IMG/VR virus record: IMGVR_UViG_3300047550_004303
From: a virus
Lineage: Duplodnaviria > Heunggongvirae > Uroviricota > Caudoviricetes
Direction: 5' to 3' (one strand)
Length of the DNA stretch: 64,000 nucleotides
Below the pieces are notes generated by a model, which saw only the letters and a list, made by a program, of their open reading frames with translations, did no database searches and was not told where the DNA came from. The position numbers and the translations under genes were made by a program. Positions within the stretch are counted from its first letter, which is position 1. Every line of letters starts with the position of its first letter. Positions 9,257 to 19,583 of this stretch are shown here, piece by piece.

Positions 9257-11077
9257 TTACAGTCTTCCTACAGCTACTTCTATAGTACCTTCTGTTCCGT
9301 TAAAGTTTTCTAATGCTTTCCCTATTACAGAACCTATTGTAGGATTCATTGAAGCTCTAGCGAATCCATTCCCCGCACTAATTAACATATCGCCTTTTTC
9401 TATGTTACCTCTTACTTTGCATGGAACTCTTCCTTGTAACGCTATTGCAACTGCTAATCCAGGACATTTTGCATTCATTGCATAGGCTGGTTCAGTTGAA
9501 ACTACTCCAGCTACTTTGTTTGTCCCGTCACTTGCTAAAGTAACATCAAACATTCCACCAAATTCTAATACAGTACCTGGCTGATAATAATCATCTGCCG
9601 AATAATATTCTGCTAAGTCCGCATATGTAGCTTGCAGTCTACTACCTGTTGTTAAAGTCCAATTCCCTGTTATAGTACCGGGGTTGGTATTTGCACCTGT
9701 TGTCAATGACAAATTGTTTCCTGTAATAGATTGAGCATTGGCAAATGTAAGATTAGTAAAAGAAGTGCTGACGCTTGTTACATTTGGCTGTGATGCAGTT
9801 GTTAGTGTTCCTGTCAACAAAGAACCTGAAACAGTATTTGCTGTGGTTATATTTCCACCAGATACATTACCAGTAGCTGAAACAACACCAGCAGTGGTAA
9901 TATTGCCACCAGATACATTACCAGTAGCTGAAACAACACCAGCAGTGGTAATATTACCGCCAGATACATTACCGGTAGCATTTAAAATTGTAGTAGATAA
10001 ATTTCCTGTTGCTGCATTAAACACTAAATTTGTATTACTATTCAATGCATAGTTTGCATTTGAACTTGCACTTACAAATACAGGAAAAAATGTACCTGTA
10101 GTTTGTGTATTGGTCTGTAAACTATCTGCATTTCCTGCTCTTGCAACATTTAAGTTTGTAACTCTAGTAGTACTGGTCACAGTAAGTGGCGCTGTACCAG
10201 TACTTACTGTTGATGTAAGTGTTGATCCACTTATTGAACTTGTTGCAGTTAAATTACCTACACTGATATTTCCTACCACTGTCAATACTGAAGTAGTTTT
10301 GTTAAATGTAAAGTTACTGTTTCCTGCAAGGAAGCTACCATCATTAAATTGCACCTGTGTATTTGAACCACCTGCACCTATTACGCCTCCACCTGTACTT
10401 AATACGGCAGTTGCAATACCTGTATTTGGAGTCGCTGTTAAGGTGGTAGTATTTAAACCTGTTGTTAATCCTGAATCAGTGTATAAACTTACATTTCCGG
10501 TTGTAGCAAAATCAACTGCTAGCTGTACATATAGTGTTTGACCATTTATGACGGTGTTTGCGTTAGTTCCTAATACTCCCGAAACGGTAATAGATTGTCC
10601 ATTTGTATAAGGAGTAGTATTTGCTACGGTCATTATACCCGTTGCAGCACTAGAAACCGCTAATATATTTGTGTATAAAACACCTTGGGGACTAAATGAC
10701 AAGTTTCCAGTACCGTCAGTAGTTAGAACATAACTTGCTGCTCCGCCTGTAATTTTTACATTTGATACATTACCTAAATTTATTAATCCGCCTGAAGTGG
10801 CTCCTCGATTAGTCCATTCTGTACCGGTGTATGTTAAAACTTGTCCATTAGCAAGATTACCTTGCACGATGTTTAAATTTCCAACAGAGCCATCAATCTG
10901 ACTGAAACTAATAGTTGAATATGAAGTTAAAACTTCAATGTTTTCTACTGGAGTTTCTTTACCTATGTAAAGTTTTTTTACATCAGACGCCCAACCAAAT
11001 TCAGCTTCGTCTAGTTGAGGTAAATCTACTAAGTTGCCTGATCTTTGTTGTAATTTTGAAATTTGGACTATTGCCAT
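9257..11077 (-). CDS. tail fibre/tailspike with C-terminal peptidase-S74 intramolecular chaperone domain
   Basis: Gly/Thr/Asn-rich beta-type repeats, including three 17-aa GNVSGGNITTAGVVSAT repeats. The C-terminus is ...YADLAEYY...EPAYAMNAK..., typical of auto-cleaving chaperone domains. Confidence 0.75.
   Translation of the reverse strand: MAIVQISKLQQRSGNLVDLPQLDEAEFGWASDVKKLYIGKETPVENIEVLTSYSTISFSQIDGSVGNLNIVQGNLANGQVLTYTGTEWTNRGATSGGLINLGNVSNVKITGGAASYVLTTDGTGNLSFSPQGVLYTNILAVSSAATGIMTVANTTPYTNGQSITVSGVLGTNANTVINGQTLYVQLAVDFATTGNVSLYTDSGLTTGLNTTTLTATPNTGIATAVLSTGGGVIGAGGSNTQVQFNDGSFLAGNSNFTFNKTTSVLTVVGNISVGNLTATSSISGSTLTSTVSTGTAPLTVTSTTRVTNLNVARAGNADSLQTNTQTTGTFFPVFVSASSNANYALNSNTNLVFNAATGNLSTTILNATGNVSGGNITTAGVVSATGNVSGGNITTAGVVSATGNVSGGNITTANTVSGSLLTGTLTTASQPNVTSVSTSFTNLTFANAQSITGNNLSLTTGANTNPGTITGNWTLTTGSRLQATYADLAEYYSADDYYQPGTVLEFGGMFDVTLASDGTNKVAGVVSTEPAYAMNAKCPGLAVAIALQGRVPCKVRGNIEKGDMLISAGNGFARASMNPTIGSVIGKALENFNGTEGTIEVAVGRL
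9855..9990 (-). repeat. 2.7 copies of a 51-bp tandem direct repeat inside the tail-fibre gene
   Basis: ccaccagatacattaccagtagctgaaacaacaccagcagtggtaatattg repeated head-to-tail. Confidence 0.8.
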
Positions 11078-11100
11078 TCTTAATTCCTTCTACTTTAGTG

Positions 11101-11109
11101 TATTTATCA
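11101..11109 (-). promoter_or_regulatory. late-promoter-like motif TGATAAATA
   Basis: 23 nt upstream of the tail-fibre ATG. Confidence 0.4.
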
Positions 11110-11116
11110 CACACTT

Positions 11117-11806
11117 TCAAAGGAACTTAGTGTAGTACTCCTCTAAACGCTTAAACCATTGATTAGACCAATGATCAAATTCATTACCTTCAATTATGAA
11201 CTCTTGATATATGTTATCTGCTGAACACATAAAAATCACACCTTTACGAATATCGGTATTATATACTTCATTATGTGCATTAGCGTAAGCTGCCAATTGC
11301 AAAAAATAATCTTCAATCCATTCTTTTTTCTTTAGCTTATTGGTTTGTTTATGATCCATAATAGCAGGACTGCCATTATGCATCCCAACTAAATCGGTTG
11401 TACCTGCATAGATTTTAGGAAAATAAAGTGATATTTCCATTCCCCAAAATTCATCACAATTTACTAAACCATTAGCAATAATAGTTTGAGCCATTAAGTG
11501 GCTTTGTTTGCTGTATGGATTGGATCCAGGCTCGCTCAGTGATCCTGTTTTAATATAGTCTTCAAGAAATTTATGCATACGTGTTCCGCGGCCTGCGGCT
11601 TCCGTAGTAATTTCTTTTGCTTTTTGTTCCCCTACTCTTTTTCGCCAATTAAGTAAAGCTTTTTTACTTTCTTCACTTTTAGTAGCTTCAAGCACAGTTG
11701 TAACAGAGGGAAGTTTTTCACCATCTGGACTTAAATATCTTCGTCCATTTCCTGTGTCTAACCTATTAAGCTTATGATAGTCAAATTTTTGTATAAGTTT
11801 AGTCAT
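11117..11806 (-). CDS. PD-(D/E)XK family nuclease
   Basis: D...TTDLVGM...MDHKQTNK reads as a D-x(n)-E/D-x-K signature. Typical size for a phage exonuclease. Confidence 0.55.
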   Translation of the reverse strand: MTKLIQKFDYHKLNRLDTGNGRRYLSPDGEKLPSVTTVLEATKSEESKKALLNWRKRVGEQKAKEITTEAAGRGTRMHKFLEDYIKTGSLSEPGSNPYSKQSHLMAQTIIANGLVNCDEFWGMEISLYFPKIYAGTTDLVGMHNGSPAIMDHKQTNKLKKKEWIEDYFLQLAAYANAHNEVYNTDIRKGVIFMCSADNIYQEFIIEGNEFDHWSNQWFKRLEEYYTKFL

Positions 11807-11871
11807 GTAAAATACAAGTTAATAACTATATTAACTTATTAATTACCTAACTTCAAGCATATAGGTAAAAT

Positions 11872-12192
11872 TTATAGATTTGAAGCTTTTTTAGCCATCT
11901 GCTTGACAATACTATCAGTTTTTTCTTTTGGTTCTTTTGGCTCTTCATATCCCCTGAAAATAATTTGTTTATTTTTTATATCACTTATGATGTTTTTCAG
12001 AGGAGGTTTTTTGATCATTTTAAAAAGATCATTCTGATCTAATGTAATATCATACTTACGCAAATAAGCCAGAAATTCATCTAATGTTTCTGGCTTCTTT
12101 TTTTTATCTTTTTCTAAATCCGTTTTTAATTGATCGGTGACGGCAATCAACCTAGTCACCATTGGATCATCACTGAATTCAAAAAGAAACAT
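11872..12192 (-). CDS. hypothetical protein
   Basis: 106-aa ORF. Confidence 0.4.
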   Translation of the reverse strand: MFLFEFSDDPMVTRLIAVTDQLKTDLEKDKKKKPETLDEFLAYLRKYDITLDQNDLFKMIKKPPLKNIISDIKNKQIIFRGYEEPKEPKEKTDSIVKQMAKKASNL

Positions 12193-12194
12193 AA

Positions 12195-12953
12195 TTATCT
12201 TTTTGATCTTCCTGCACCAGGAATTTCCATTGTCTCAGGTGGCTCTTCAAAATCGTCTAATTCTTCATCACCAGCCATTTCAGGTGCTGGTGGTATATCC
12301 ATGTCAGGTTCAGATGCATCCATTCCCATATCTGGTTCAGTTTCGTCTTGGAATCCAACGTCTTGTCCTTCAATAATCATTAACGCCTGTTCTAATTCTT
12401 TTTTGGATTGATCAAGTTGAGCAGAAAGGTTCTTCAATGTTTCAGTTACTTTTTGTTCATATTGCTGACCTTGATTTACCCCAATATCAGAGGTGATACT
12501 TTGAACTAATGCAGGTAACTCTTTGACTAAAGTATCGCTGACATCAACAATCATTTTCTGAACACTATCAACTATTTCTTGTGCAGCCAAATAAACTTGT
12601 GATTCTTCTACTTTGCTAGCTTCAACAATTATTTTAGCAGAAGGATTGCGTAATAAAATATTGTAATGCTCAACCAATGCTTGTTCCATAAAAACTAATT
12701 TCATATAGGATGGATTTGTTTTTATGTCATAAAAATTACTTTCTTTCCTTGCCTCCATAGCAAGTTTTCTGACTTTGTTCAACATGAGTTTTGTTTCATG
12801 TTTGTTTAGCCTGCTGGTATCAAATTTAACATTGTAATTTTCTTTAAGAGCCTTAGCAGCGGTTTTTTTAGAGTCAAATGATTGTAATCTCATAGTGTTA
12901 CTTTCTGAAATAGTTATAAAGTATTTATCATACCTTTTAATTTTTTTGTGCAT
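12195..12953 (-). CDS. hypothetical protein with acidic C-terminus
   Basis: 252 aa. The start may instead be the internal Met (MRLQ..., about 12893), which has TGATAAATAC 28 nt upstream. Confidence 0.45.
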   Translation of the reverse strand: MHKKIKRYDKYFITISESNTMRLQSFDSKKTAAKALKENYNVKFDTSRLNKHETKLMLNKVRKLAMEARKESNFYDIKTNPSYMKLVFMEQALVEHYNILLRNPSAKIIVEASKVEESQVYLAAQEIVDSVQKMIVDVSDTLVKELPALVQSITSDIGVNQGQQYEQKVTETLKNLSAQLDQSKKELEQALMIIEGQDVGFQDETEPDMGMDASEPDMDIPPAPEMAGDEELDDFEEPPETMEIPGAGRSKR

Positions 12954-13413
12954 AGAGTTGTTTCTCTTGCCACAAAATCGCTTCTTTATTGTAGAAATTA
13001 ATTTCCTTTTCTATCTTTTTCTTTTTCAATTCACCTTCGTTTAGTTTGTTCAAATACAATGATTCACTTTCGATGGACAAATTTTTTGTTGTCAAAAGTT
13101 TAGAGTAAAGAGTTATATCAAAATTAGCACTATTTAGATAGTTATCTAGTTTTTCTAATGCATTGGCTTTCAATATTTTGTTCCTATGATCAAACACACA
13201 CCAAGAAAAAGCATTGATTAATGAAGAAAATGTTTTCTCCGTGTAGTTATATTTTTGTTTGACATGAAAAAGACCATTTTGTTTGAAAACTTCATACCTA
13301 CAAAATAGTTCGTAACCATTATCGGTTTTAAACATACAGAAGTTTTTTACTTCTTCTGATAACGATGTGTTGAAAAACTTTTCAATTTTATTTAGGTTTT
13401 TATTCATACTCAA
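12937..13413 (-). CDS. hypothetical protein
   Basis: 158-aa ORF. Confidence 0.4.
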   Translation of the reverse strand: MSMNKNLNKIEKFFNTSLSEEVKNFCMFKTDNGYELFCRYEVFKQNGLFHVKQKYNYTEKTFSSLINAFSWCVFDHRNKILKANALEKLDNYLNSANFDITLYSKLLTTKNLSIESESLYLNKLNEGELKKKKIEKEINFYNKEAILWQEKQLYAQKN

Positions 13414-13780
13414 AATGTATATTTTTATTATTTAATGTTGTCTCTAAAATAGGACTCAAACTATTTATTTCTTCTCCGGTCAATAACATAGGAACGTTAT
13501 GACAATCAGTATACAGTAATTTCAATTTTTCTTCTTCAAGATCAAAGACTTTAGCATGTTGTACTTCAAAAACAAATTTCCAACCTTTTAAGTTTTGGTT
13601 TTTGTATCGTGTACCAAAAAATGTATTATCAGCGAAACTTATCATTTTAGGAAATACAACTATTTCTGGTTGTGATCTAAGTGAAATCAACTGTTGAATC
13701 GTGTCAAAATTGCATTTACTATTTCTCTTTTTAATCCACTCTTGCGTGTTGTTTGGATCTGGTTTGGCTCTTATGTTCAT
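13400..13780 (-). CDS. hypothetical protein (N-terminus trimmed)
   Basis: The Cys/Tyr/Arg-rich first 74 codons of the listed ORF look like a read-through artefact. Internal Met MNIRAKP... is taken as the start. Confidence 0.35.
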   Translation of the reverse strand: MNIRAKPDPNNTQEWIKKRNSKCNFDTIQQLISLRSQPEIVVFPKMISFADNTFFGTRYKNQNLKGWKFVFEVQHAKVFDLEEEKLKLLYTDCHNVPMLLTGEEINSLSPILETTLNNKNIHFEYE

Positions 13781-13846
13781 TTCCGAAAAAGTAACATCAA
13801 ATAGCGTATAACATAATATCCTAAAACTCATTAAAATATTTAATGG

Positions 13847-13878
13847 TAAAAAAACCTGAGAAATATTTCTCAGGTTTT
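13847..13878 (-). terminator. strong intrinsic terminator
   Basis: Perfect 12-bp palindrome AACCTGAGAAAT/ATTTCTCAGGTT flanked by A7 and T5, directly after the stop of ORF 13897..14286. Confidence 0.6.
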
Positions 13879-13896
13879 TGCTAGAGATTGGTTTTA

Positions 13897-14286
13897 TTAA
13901 CCAGTGAATGTTGCTGTAGCAGCAATACTTACAGCTTCGCCTGCAGCAGCAGTAATAGCAGCATCTAGTGTACCAGCGCCTGTTGCTGTAACATCGCCCC
14001 ATGCATTGATTGGGTAGAATGCAACTGCCAATGTGTCATTGGTATCAGTTGTGAATTCATACATGTAGATAACAGCAAGTTGCTGAATAGCATTGATAGT
14101 TGCTAGAATTTGAGCGCCAGTTGTACCAGTACCAGTGAAAGTAACTGTTGCAAAGTCAAGCTTTGGACCTTGAGGTTGTACTGTTGCGGCTGAAGTGATC
14201 GCATTAACTGCACCGACGGTATAGTCTGGTGCATCATAGTTCATTACTGGTTGAAAGTCACCATGTGTTCTTGTAAATTGTGCCAT
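13897..14286 (-). CDS. small Thr/Ala-rich protein, probably abundant virion protein
   Basis: 129 aa. It has its own late-like motif upstream and a strong terminator downstream. Confidence 0.5.
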   Translation of the reverse strand: MAQFTRTHGDFQPVMNYDAPDYTVGAVNAITSAATVQPQGPKLDFATVTFTGTGTTGAQILATINAIQQLAVIYMYEFTTDTNDTLAVAFYPINAWGDVTATGAGTLDAAITAAAGEAVSIAATATFTG

Positions 14287-14366
14287 TTTATTTTTCCTTT
14301 ATGTTGTGAGCAATTGCTCTACACATATTTATTCCAAATACTAAAAAATTCGGTTTGAGGATATAA

Positions 14367-15272
14367 TTATGGCTTGTTCATTTGTTGTTTGAACATAGCG
14401 AATTCTCTAGGATACTTTTGAGCAAAAGCTTGCATTAAGTTAACAAGTTGAGTAGAAAAATCTTCTGCTGAATAATTTTTACCTTGCGGTGCAGTAGCTG
14501 CACTGTTATAACTTGGTGCTGTAGCTTTACCTTGAAAACTTAATGCATATACTGCATTTGCTAATTTATTCATTGCATCTCTTGCTTTGTCTTGCTTATA
14601 TGATTTTTGAACATCATTTATCAATGCTATTAAGCGTTTTCCTGTTTCTGGATTTGCGTTAAAATCTAAACCTGAATATTTGTCAACCCATGAATAAAGA
14701 TATTGACTTATACTCATAGTCCCATCTTCATTTTGTTCATTAAGAATACTTTCAAAAATATTGTTTAAAATATCATATTTGGATTCATGTATTCCTCTTG
14801 CAGCAGCTTGTCTAAGTAAACCTTTGTTCTGCTGAAATCCAGGTTTTAGTTTTTCGGCTTTAACTCTCGCAACTAATTCGTTATCTGCGGCTGATGTTGC
14901 TTTATTTGTTGCTGCTGTTTGTTGCATTTGAGCCATAGCATCTTTTTGTGCTTGTGTTCCTGCAGCACGTTCTTGATCTCTACGTTGTTTATATGCATCT
15001 AAATCAAGTGCCTGTCCTTGTTGCGGTGAAGCAGTTTGTGCCTGAGGTTGTGTTGGTGTTTGCGGTTTTGCTTGTTGTCCTAAAAATACAGTTGAATCTG
15101 GATCTACCATCCCACCTGTAATAGCACTATCTAAATCAGTGTATACCTTTTGAAAGAATTTTTTGACGAATTCATTTCTTGCAATAGTAGCAGTATCACC
15201 TTGAAATTTATCTAACATATTACCCCAAAAACCTTCTTCTAAGTTTTTATTTTTAAAGTCATTAAACTTCAT
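14367..15272 (-). CDS. hypothetical Gln/Ala-rich protein
   Basis: 301-aa ORF with a low-complexity central region. Confidence 0.45.
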   Translation of the reverse strand: MKFNDFKNKNLEEGFWGNMLDKFQGDTATIARNEFVKKFFQKVYTDLDSAITGGMVDPDSTVFLGQQAKPQTPTQPQAQTASPQQGQALDLDAYKQRRDQERAAGTQAQKDAMAQMQQTAATNKATSAADNELVARVKAEKLKPGFQQNKGLLRQAAARGIHESKYDILNNIFESILNEQNEDGTMSISQYLYSWVDKYSGLDFNANPETGKRLIALINDVQKSYKQDKARDAMNKLANAVYALSFQGKATAPSYNSAATAPQGKNYSAEDFSTQLVNLMQAFAQKYPREFAMFKQQMNKP

Positions 15273-15507
15273 GGTTTTTCCTTATAGATTTTGAAAACTT
15301 AGATTGATCTTTTACTCGTATTGCATTTAAAAGTTTTCTTTCAAGCAATTCAGCAGTTTCTTTGTCATAATGCTTGTTGATCATTTCAAGTAGATTAATG
15401 GCACTTGTAATTATGTTGTGGGCTCGGTTTTCCACAACATAATTAATGTCCCGATTCTTGCCTATCGATTCTAATTCTTCTAACAAGCTTCTAGTTTTCT
15501 TTTGCAT
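15262..15507 (-). CDS. hypothetical protein
   Basis: 81-aa ORF overlapping its neighbours. Confidence 0.35.
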   Translation of the reverse strand: MQKKTRSLLEELESIGKNRDINYVVENRAHNIITSAINLLEMINKHYDKETAELLERKLLNAIRVKDQSKFSKSIRKNHEV

Positions 15508-15527
15508 GATACCAGTATTTATCTGAA

Positions 15528-16961
15528 TTAAGTATATTTCTTAGTCTTTAGATCATTCAACAAGGCCTTCAATTTGTTTCCTTGTGTATTTGCAACAACT
15601 TTCTTACCTTCATTTTCTGTATTTAGAATTTCTCCAGTTTCACTATCAATTTTTACTTTGTTTTGTTGCAACGTACCTATAATGTTGTTAGGACTAGGAT
15701 TAGGTTTGTTGTAACCTACATTACTGTCTTCACCCTTGTCTGGGTCTGTGATTCTTAATGTCTCGACATTGAAATCTAATTCAATTTTTTGACCTACCCC
15801 AGAACTTGATCGTGTTTTCATTAACTGTAATTGATATTGACCGCGCTCACGCATACTTCTACTTGTGAAAATACCAAAAACATTATCAGCAGTATTGATC
15901 TTTGAAATACCACCACTGATATGACTGTGGTCAAATTCAATCTCTTCAACCGCAGTACGATTCAACTGACTAGCTGTTACAAACAATACATTCAACTCTT
16001 TTGCAAGATTTCTAAGTTCTTCACTTACATACTTGTCTTTTACGAACAAATCACTGGGGCTTACCTTAGCACCAACTGGCATCAGTAAGTCCAAATAATC
16101 AACACATAAAAAATCAATTTTTACACCAGTTTGAACCTGTAGTTCCTTGCAATAAGCACGTATATCATTTACATTACTCTGTGCTGGCATGTACTTAACA
16201 CGTAACTGACCTGATCGTTTTGCCATCATTTTGATTTTAAGTTCAACATCATCTATATTTTTAAAAATATCTTTGGTTGAAACATCAGTCATCATACTAT
16301 CAAGTCGCATACTACAGAGGCCCTCACTTAATTCAAGTGTAAGATATACACCATTAAGTCCTGCTTGAGCCCAATTAACTGCTAAGTTTTGCATGAATAG
16401 ACTTTTACCTGAACCAGATGACCCTGCAAAAATCTGCAATTCACCTCTGTTAAATCCACCATACAGTTTCTTGTCCATACTTGGCCAACCAGTCGATACT
16501 TGACCATTGTTAGACTTTAATGCCATAAGTCTAGATTTAGGGTCATAGAAGTAATCTGTACCCATATCTTTTTGCAAACTAATTTGAACCGCATCTTTGA
16601 TTAGTTTCTCAACTGGCCCATATTCATTCTTTTCTAACAACTCCGCGCTCTTCAATATCGCACGTTCTAATTCTTGACGCTTGGTGAAGGCTTCAAACTC
16701 CTTCAAAAACCAATTGGTATGATCATCATTTAATTCAGGAATGATTTCTACTTCAGTTTCGGTTACTGCCTTTAACTGAATAGGGTCTGGTAATATATTG
16801 TAGTTCTTAGAATAGTCAACTATAAATTCACATACTGGTCTCAACTTCTTATCAAAGTTTTGTGGATTCATGATATTGGTAACTCTGGTATATAACTCAG
16901 CATTAGTTATCATCATCCTCAAAAACAAAAGTTGAACTTCATAACTATAATCATTCGTCAT
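15528..16961 (-). CDS. gp41: DnaB-family replicative DNA helicase (T4 gp41-like)
   Basis: Walker A FAGSSGSGKS and a RecA-fold C-terminal domain. 477 aa, against 475 for T4 gp41. Confidence 0.85.
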   Translation of the reverse strand: MTNDYSYEVQLLFLRMMITNAELYTRVTNIMNPQNFDKKLRPVCEFIVDYSKNYNILPDPIQLKAVTETEVEIIPELNDDHTNWFLKEFEAFTKRQELERAILKSAELLEKNEYGPVEKLIKDAVQISLQKDMGTDYFYDPKSRLMALKSNNGQVSTGWPSMDKKLYGGFNRGELQIFAGSSGSGKSLFMQNLAVNWAQAGLNGVYLTLELSEGLCSMRLDSMMTDVSTKDIFKNIDDVELKIKMMAKRSGQLRVKYMPAQSNVNDIRAYCKELQVQTGVKIDFLCVDYLDLLMPVGAKVSPSDLFVKDKYVSEELRNLAKELNVLFVTASQLNRTAVEEIEFDHSHISGGISKINTADNVFGIFTSRSMRERGQYQLQLMKTRSSSGVGQKIELDFNVETLRITDPDKGEDSNVGYNKPNPSPNNIIGTLQQNKVKIDSETGEILNTENEGKKVVANTQGNKLKALLNDLKTKKYT

Positions 16962-17926
16962 TTCGTAAATTTTCTCCTATACATTTCTAATTTAATAAGA
17001 CTTGTGGTTGTATTTTGTAATATGCTTTGAATGGTGTTGAATTTACCGTACTTCACTACTGCATCATTTACATCTTTTATGTTTTTATCCCATTCAGGTA
17101 AACTAATCTTGTACCCCAAATCTAATGCTCGTTCGCACACTTGAAGCCCTGCTTTATCTCTATCTGGAACATAGATTATTTGACGCTGTAAAGTGCTTAA
17201 CAATCTTGCTTGTAAATCATTAATATCACTGTGCATTATTGCACATCCATCTATAGATAGTGCATCAAAAATTCCCTCGGTGACAACACAATATTGCCAA
17301 TTTGGTTTCTGAAAATCTATGCCAAATACATAACCTTCTGGTTGCTCATTAATGTATTTTGGAATTTTGTTATCAATATACCTACTTGTTTGTCCTACAA
17401 TTTTGTTCTTGTAAAAATAAGGTATGATGATTCTGTTGCGATTTCTACCCGCAACATCAGGAGTAATCAAGAAAGGATAGCGTGTAGCATCAATATGCCT
17501 GCTTGCTAGATATTTAACATAGATTTCATGGTCACTATTATTAACATCTATTGCTATACCTTCTTTAACTTTGTATTCGTCAAACTTGATTTTGATCTTT
17601 TTTGGCTTTTGTGTGATTAAATCTAATGCATCTTTGTTTTGTAAACTTTGCAGATTCCATTTATTGATTTGGTCTTGATCGATACCACACCAAGCTAGAA
17701 AACTTCTGCAATTCTTACTGATAGATTTGCCTAATGTAAATCCACATTTGAAATTGCAGTTAAAGCAATGTATTGACCAATTATTATTGTCAAACTTTAA
17801 TCCAGACCGTCCACGCTTGTCTGGATTATGTCCACGATGATGACAACATACCCCATTGAAGCTATACCAGCCACTTTGGGTCTTTTTCTTGTTGCCTGGA
17901 ATAATGGACAATATATCTAACATCAT
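16958..17926 (-). CDS. gp61: DNA primase (T4 gp61-like)
   Basis: N-terminal zinc ribbon (CCHHRGH...C..C), then a TOPRIM-like region. ATGA overlap with the helicase gene. Confidence 0.8.
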   Translation of the reverse strand: MMLDILSIIPGNKKKTQSGWYSFNGVCCHHRGHNPDKRGRSGLKFDNNNWSIHCFNCNFKCGFTLGKSISKNCRSFLAWCGIDQDQINKWNLQSLQNKDALDLITQKPKKIKIKFDEYKVKEGIAIDVNNSDHEIYVKYLASRHIDATRYPFLITPDVAGRNRNRIIIPYFYKNKIVGQTSRYIDNKIPKYINEQPEGYVFGIDFQKPNWQYCVVTEGIFDALSIDGCAIMHSDINDLQARLLSTLQRQIIYVPDRDKAGLQVCERALDLGYKISLPEWDKNIKDVNDAVVKYGKFNTIQSILQNTTTSLIKLEMYRRKFTK

Positions 17927-17968
17927 TACAGTATAACTGTAATTAGGTGTAAAAACAATTATAAAGGA

Positions 17969-18742
17969 TTATCGTGCTAGGATATTAGTTACCACGCCGA
18001 CATTGCTTGTAAAGTTCATTCTTACATAAGGATGATAACCTACAATTGTGTAACCTTTTGTCTCGGTTAGGTTACTGTACGATTCGTTGGTTATTGGATA
18101 CCAATCATTATCAACAATTGTTGAACCTTCTATGGTTACATTACCATAATACCCATCATAATGAGTTTGCAATGTAAGTATAGGATTGTTTTCGGTGTTG
18201 ATTACACTGCTGAAATAAGTATTTGCAGTTGTATTTGCATTTGCATTGGGATTAAGATTAGGGAAAGGTTGTCCAGTTGGAATTGTGATCGGCATTGAAG
18301 GAATAAATGCTGGCAATACTGAATTAACGATAAACATATCGCCTCTTGCTCCTGCATTTTGATCTACGAATACTGGATAGTTAAATGAACTTACTGGAAT
18401 CTCTAGTGAATAATATGCTTTTTGTGCAGGAAAATTCTCTATATCAGCCGCGTTTAATATCAATGCTGCGATGCCATTTGCTGGGAGTTGTAAGGTAAGT
18501 GCCTTTGACAATAATACTTCGGACCCATCATAGCTAATGATTCTACAGGTTATGTCTTTGCCTGTGATGTCAACCGGTTTTTGTTCCTGGTTCAAGAACT
18601 GAAAATCTATCCTATTGTCCACACCTTTGTGTAGTGTTAATGGTTTACTGTAGACCGGCATATATCGTCTCGCTGAATTTCCAGACAGTAGGACAACGAT
18701 TTGTCTCTGGGTATATAAAAAAACCGCGGTTGAATAGCTCAT
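17969..18742 (-). CDS. putative virion structural protein
   Basis: 257 aa. TGATAAATA lies 30 nt upstream with an AGGAG RBS. Confidence 0.45.
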   Translation of the reverse strand: MSYSTAVFLYTQRQIVVLLSGNSARRYMPVYSKPLTLHKGVDNRIDFQFLNQEQKPVDITGKDITCRIISYDGSEVLLSKALTLQLPANGIAALILNAADIENFPAQKAYYSLEIPVSSFNYPVFVDQNAGARGDMFIVNSVLPAFIPSMPITIPTGQPFPNLNPNANANTTANTYFSSVINTENNPILTLQTHYDGYYGNVTIEGSTIVDNDWYPITNESYSNLTETKGYTIVGYHPYVRMNFTSNVGVVTNILAR

Positions 18743-18772
18743 ACAAAGTTTCGTCTCCTATCATCATAATAA

Positions 18773-18781
18773 TATTTATCA
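18773..18781 (-). promoter_or_regulatory. late-promoter-like motif TGATAAATA
   Basis: 30 nt upstream of the ATG at 18742. Confidence 0.4.
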
Positions 18782-18855
18782 AATGGAATAAATAAAAGTG
18801 TAGTTCGCGGAATTGGCGTTCCCAACTACTCTAACGCTTACAAGGAGCAATCAGC

Positions 18856-19512
18856 ATGACTATTTATTCAAGAAAAAACCCTCCCACAGGGTTTTATGTG
18901 TATGCATATTTAAGACAAGATAACACCCCATACTATATTGGAAAGGGATACAATATCCGAGCATGGAATACTCACGATAAGGGTATAAAACCACCCAAAA
19001 ACAAAACAAGAATTATCATACTTGAATCTAACCTTAGCGAGATAGGGGCATTTGCAATAGAAAGAAGAATGATTAAATGGTATGGACGGAAAGATTTAAA
19101 TACTGGAATACTAAGAAATAAAACTGACGGCGGAGAAGGAGCTACAGGTTATAGATTTTCAAAAGAGGCATCTACAAAACGAGGAAGAATGCGCAGGGGA
19201 ATTAAAAATCCCAAAACCAGTTTGGCTTTGAGGGGAAGAACATTTTCAGAAGAACATAAATTAAACATCAGTACTAGTAAAAAAGGTAAAAAATTTTCAG
19301 AAGAACATTGTATTGCTTTGTCTAATGCACATAAAGGAAAACCTTCTCCAAATAAAGGAAAAAAGCAATCGTTAGAAATTATACAAGCAAAAAGCAAAAT
19401 GTTAAAAGGCGTACCAAAAAAAGAATATGTTTGCCCCCACTGTCACAAAATCGGAAACGGACCTGTTATGATGCGGTTTCATTTTCAAAAATGTAAAACG
19501 TTGAAAACTTAA
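18856..19512 (+). CDS. GIY-YIG homing endonuclease (Seg-like)
   Basis: GFYVYAY...YYIGKG... GIY-YIG core. The C-terminus has NUMOD3-like FSEEHK..S..KGK repeats and a zinc-finger-like CPHC. Confidence 0.85.
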   Translation: MTIYSRKNPPTGFYVYAYLRQDNTPYYIGKGYNIRAWNTHDKGIKPPKNKTRIIILESNLSEIGAFAIERRMIKWYGRKDLNTGILRNKTDGGEGATGYRFSKEASTKRGRMRRGIKNPKTSLALRGRTFSEEHKLNISTSKKGKKFSEEHCIALSNAHKGKPSPNKGKKQSLEIIQAKSKMLKGVPKKEYVCPHCHKIGNGPVMMRFHFQKCKTLKT

Positions 19513-19583
19513 TACTATTTTATCTGTCCCAAAATAATTAATTTGTTATTTTTTGTGTAAATAATAAGTTACATGAAAAGATA

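Noticed and set aside
9738-10541. Plus-strand ORFs 9738..10052 and 10110..10541, and similar antisense ORFs at 8784..9209, 2532..3099, 44654..45285, 62181..63083 and 36221..37951.
   Set aside because: They lie antisense to long, well-supported minus-strand (or, for RCC1, plus-strand) genes. They translate into low-complexity or repeat mirror sequences and have no RBS context.
13781-14002. Cys/Tyr/Arg-rich N-terminal 74 codons of listed ORF 13400..14002.
   Set aside because: Composition is implausible. It overlaps the 3' end of the neighbouring gene in another frame. An internal Met gives a sensible start after the terminator.
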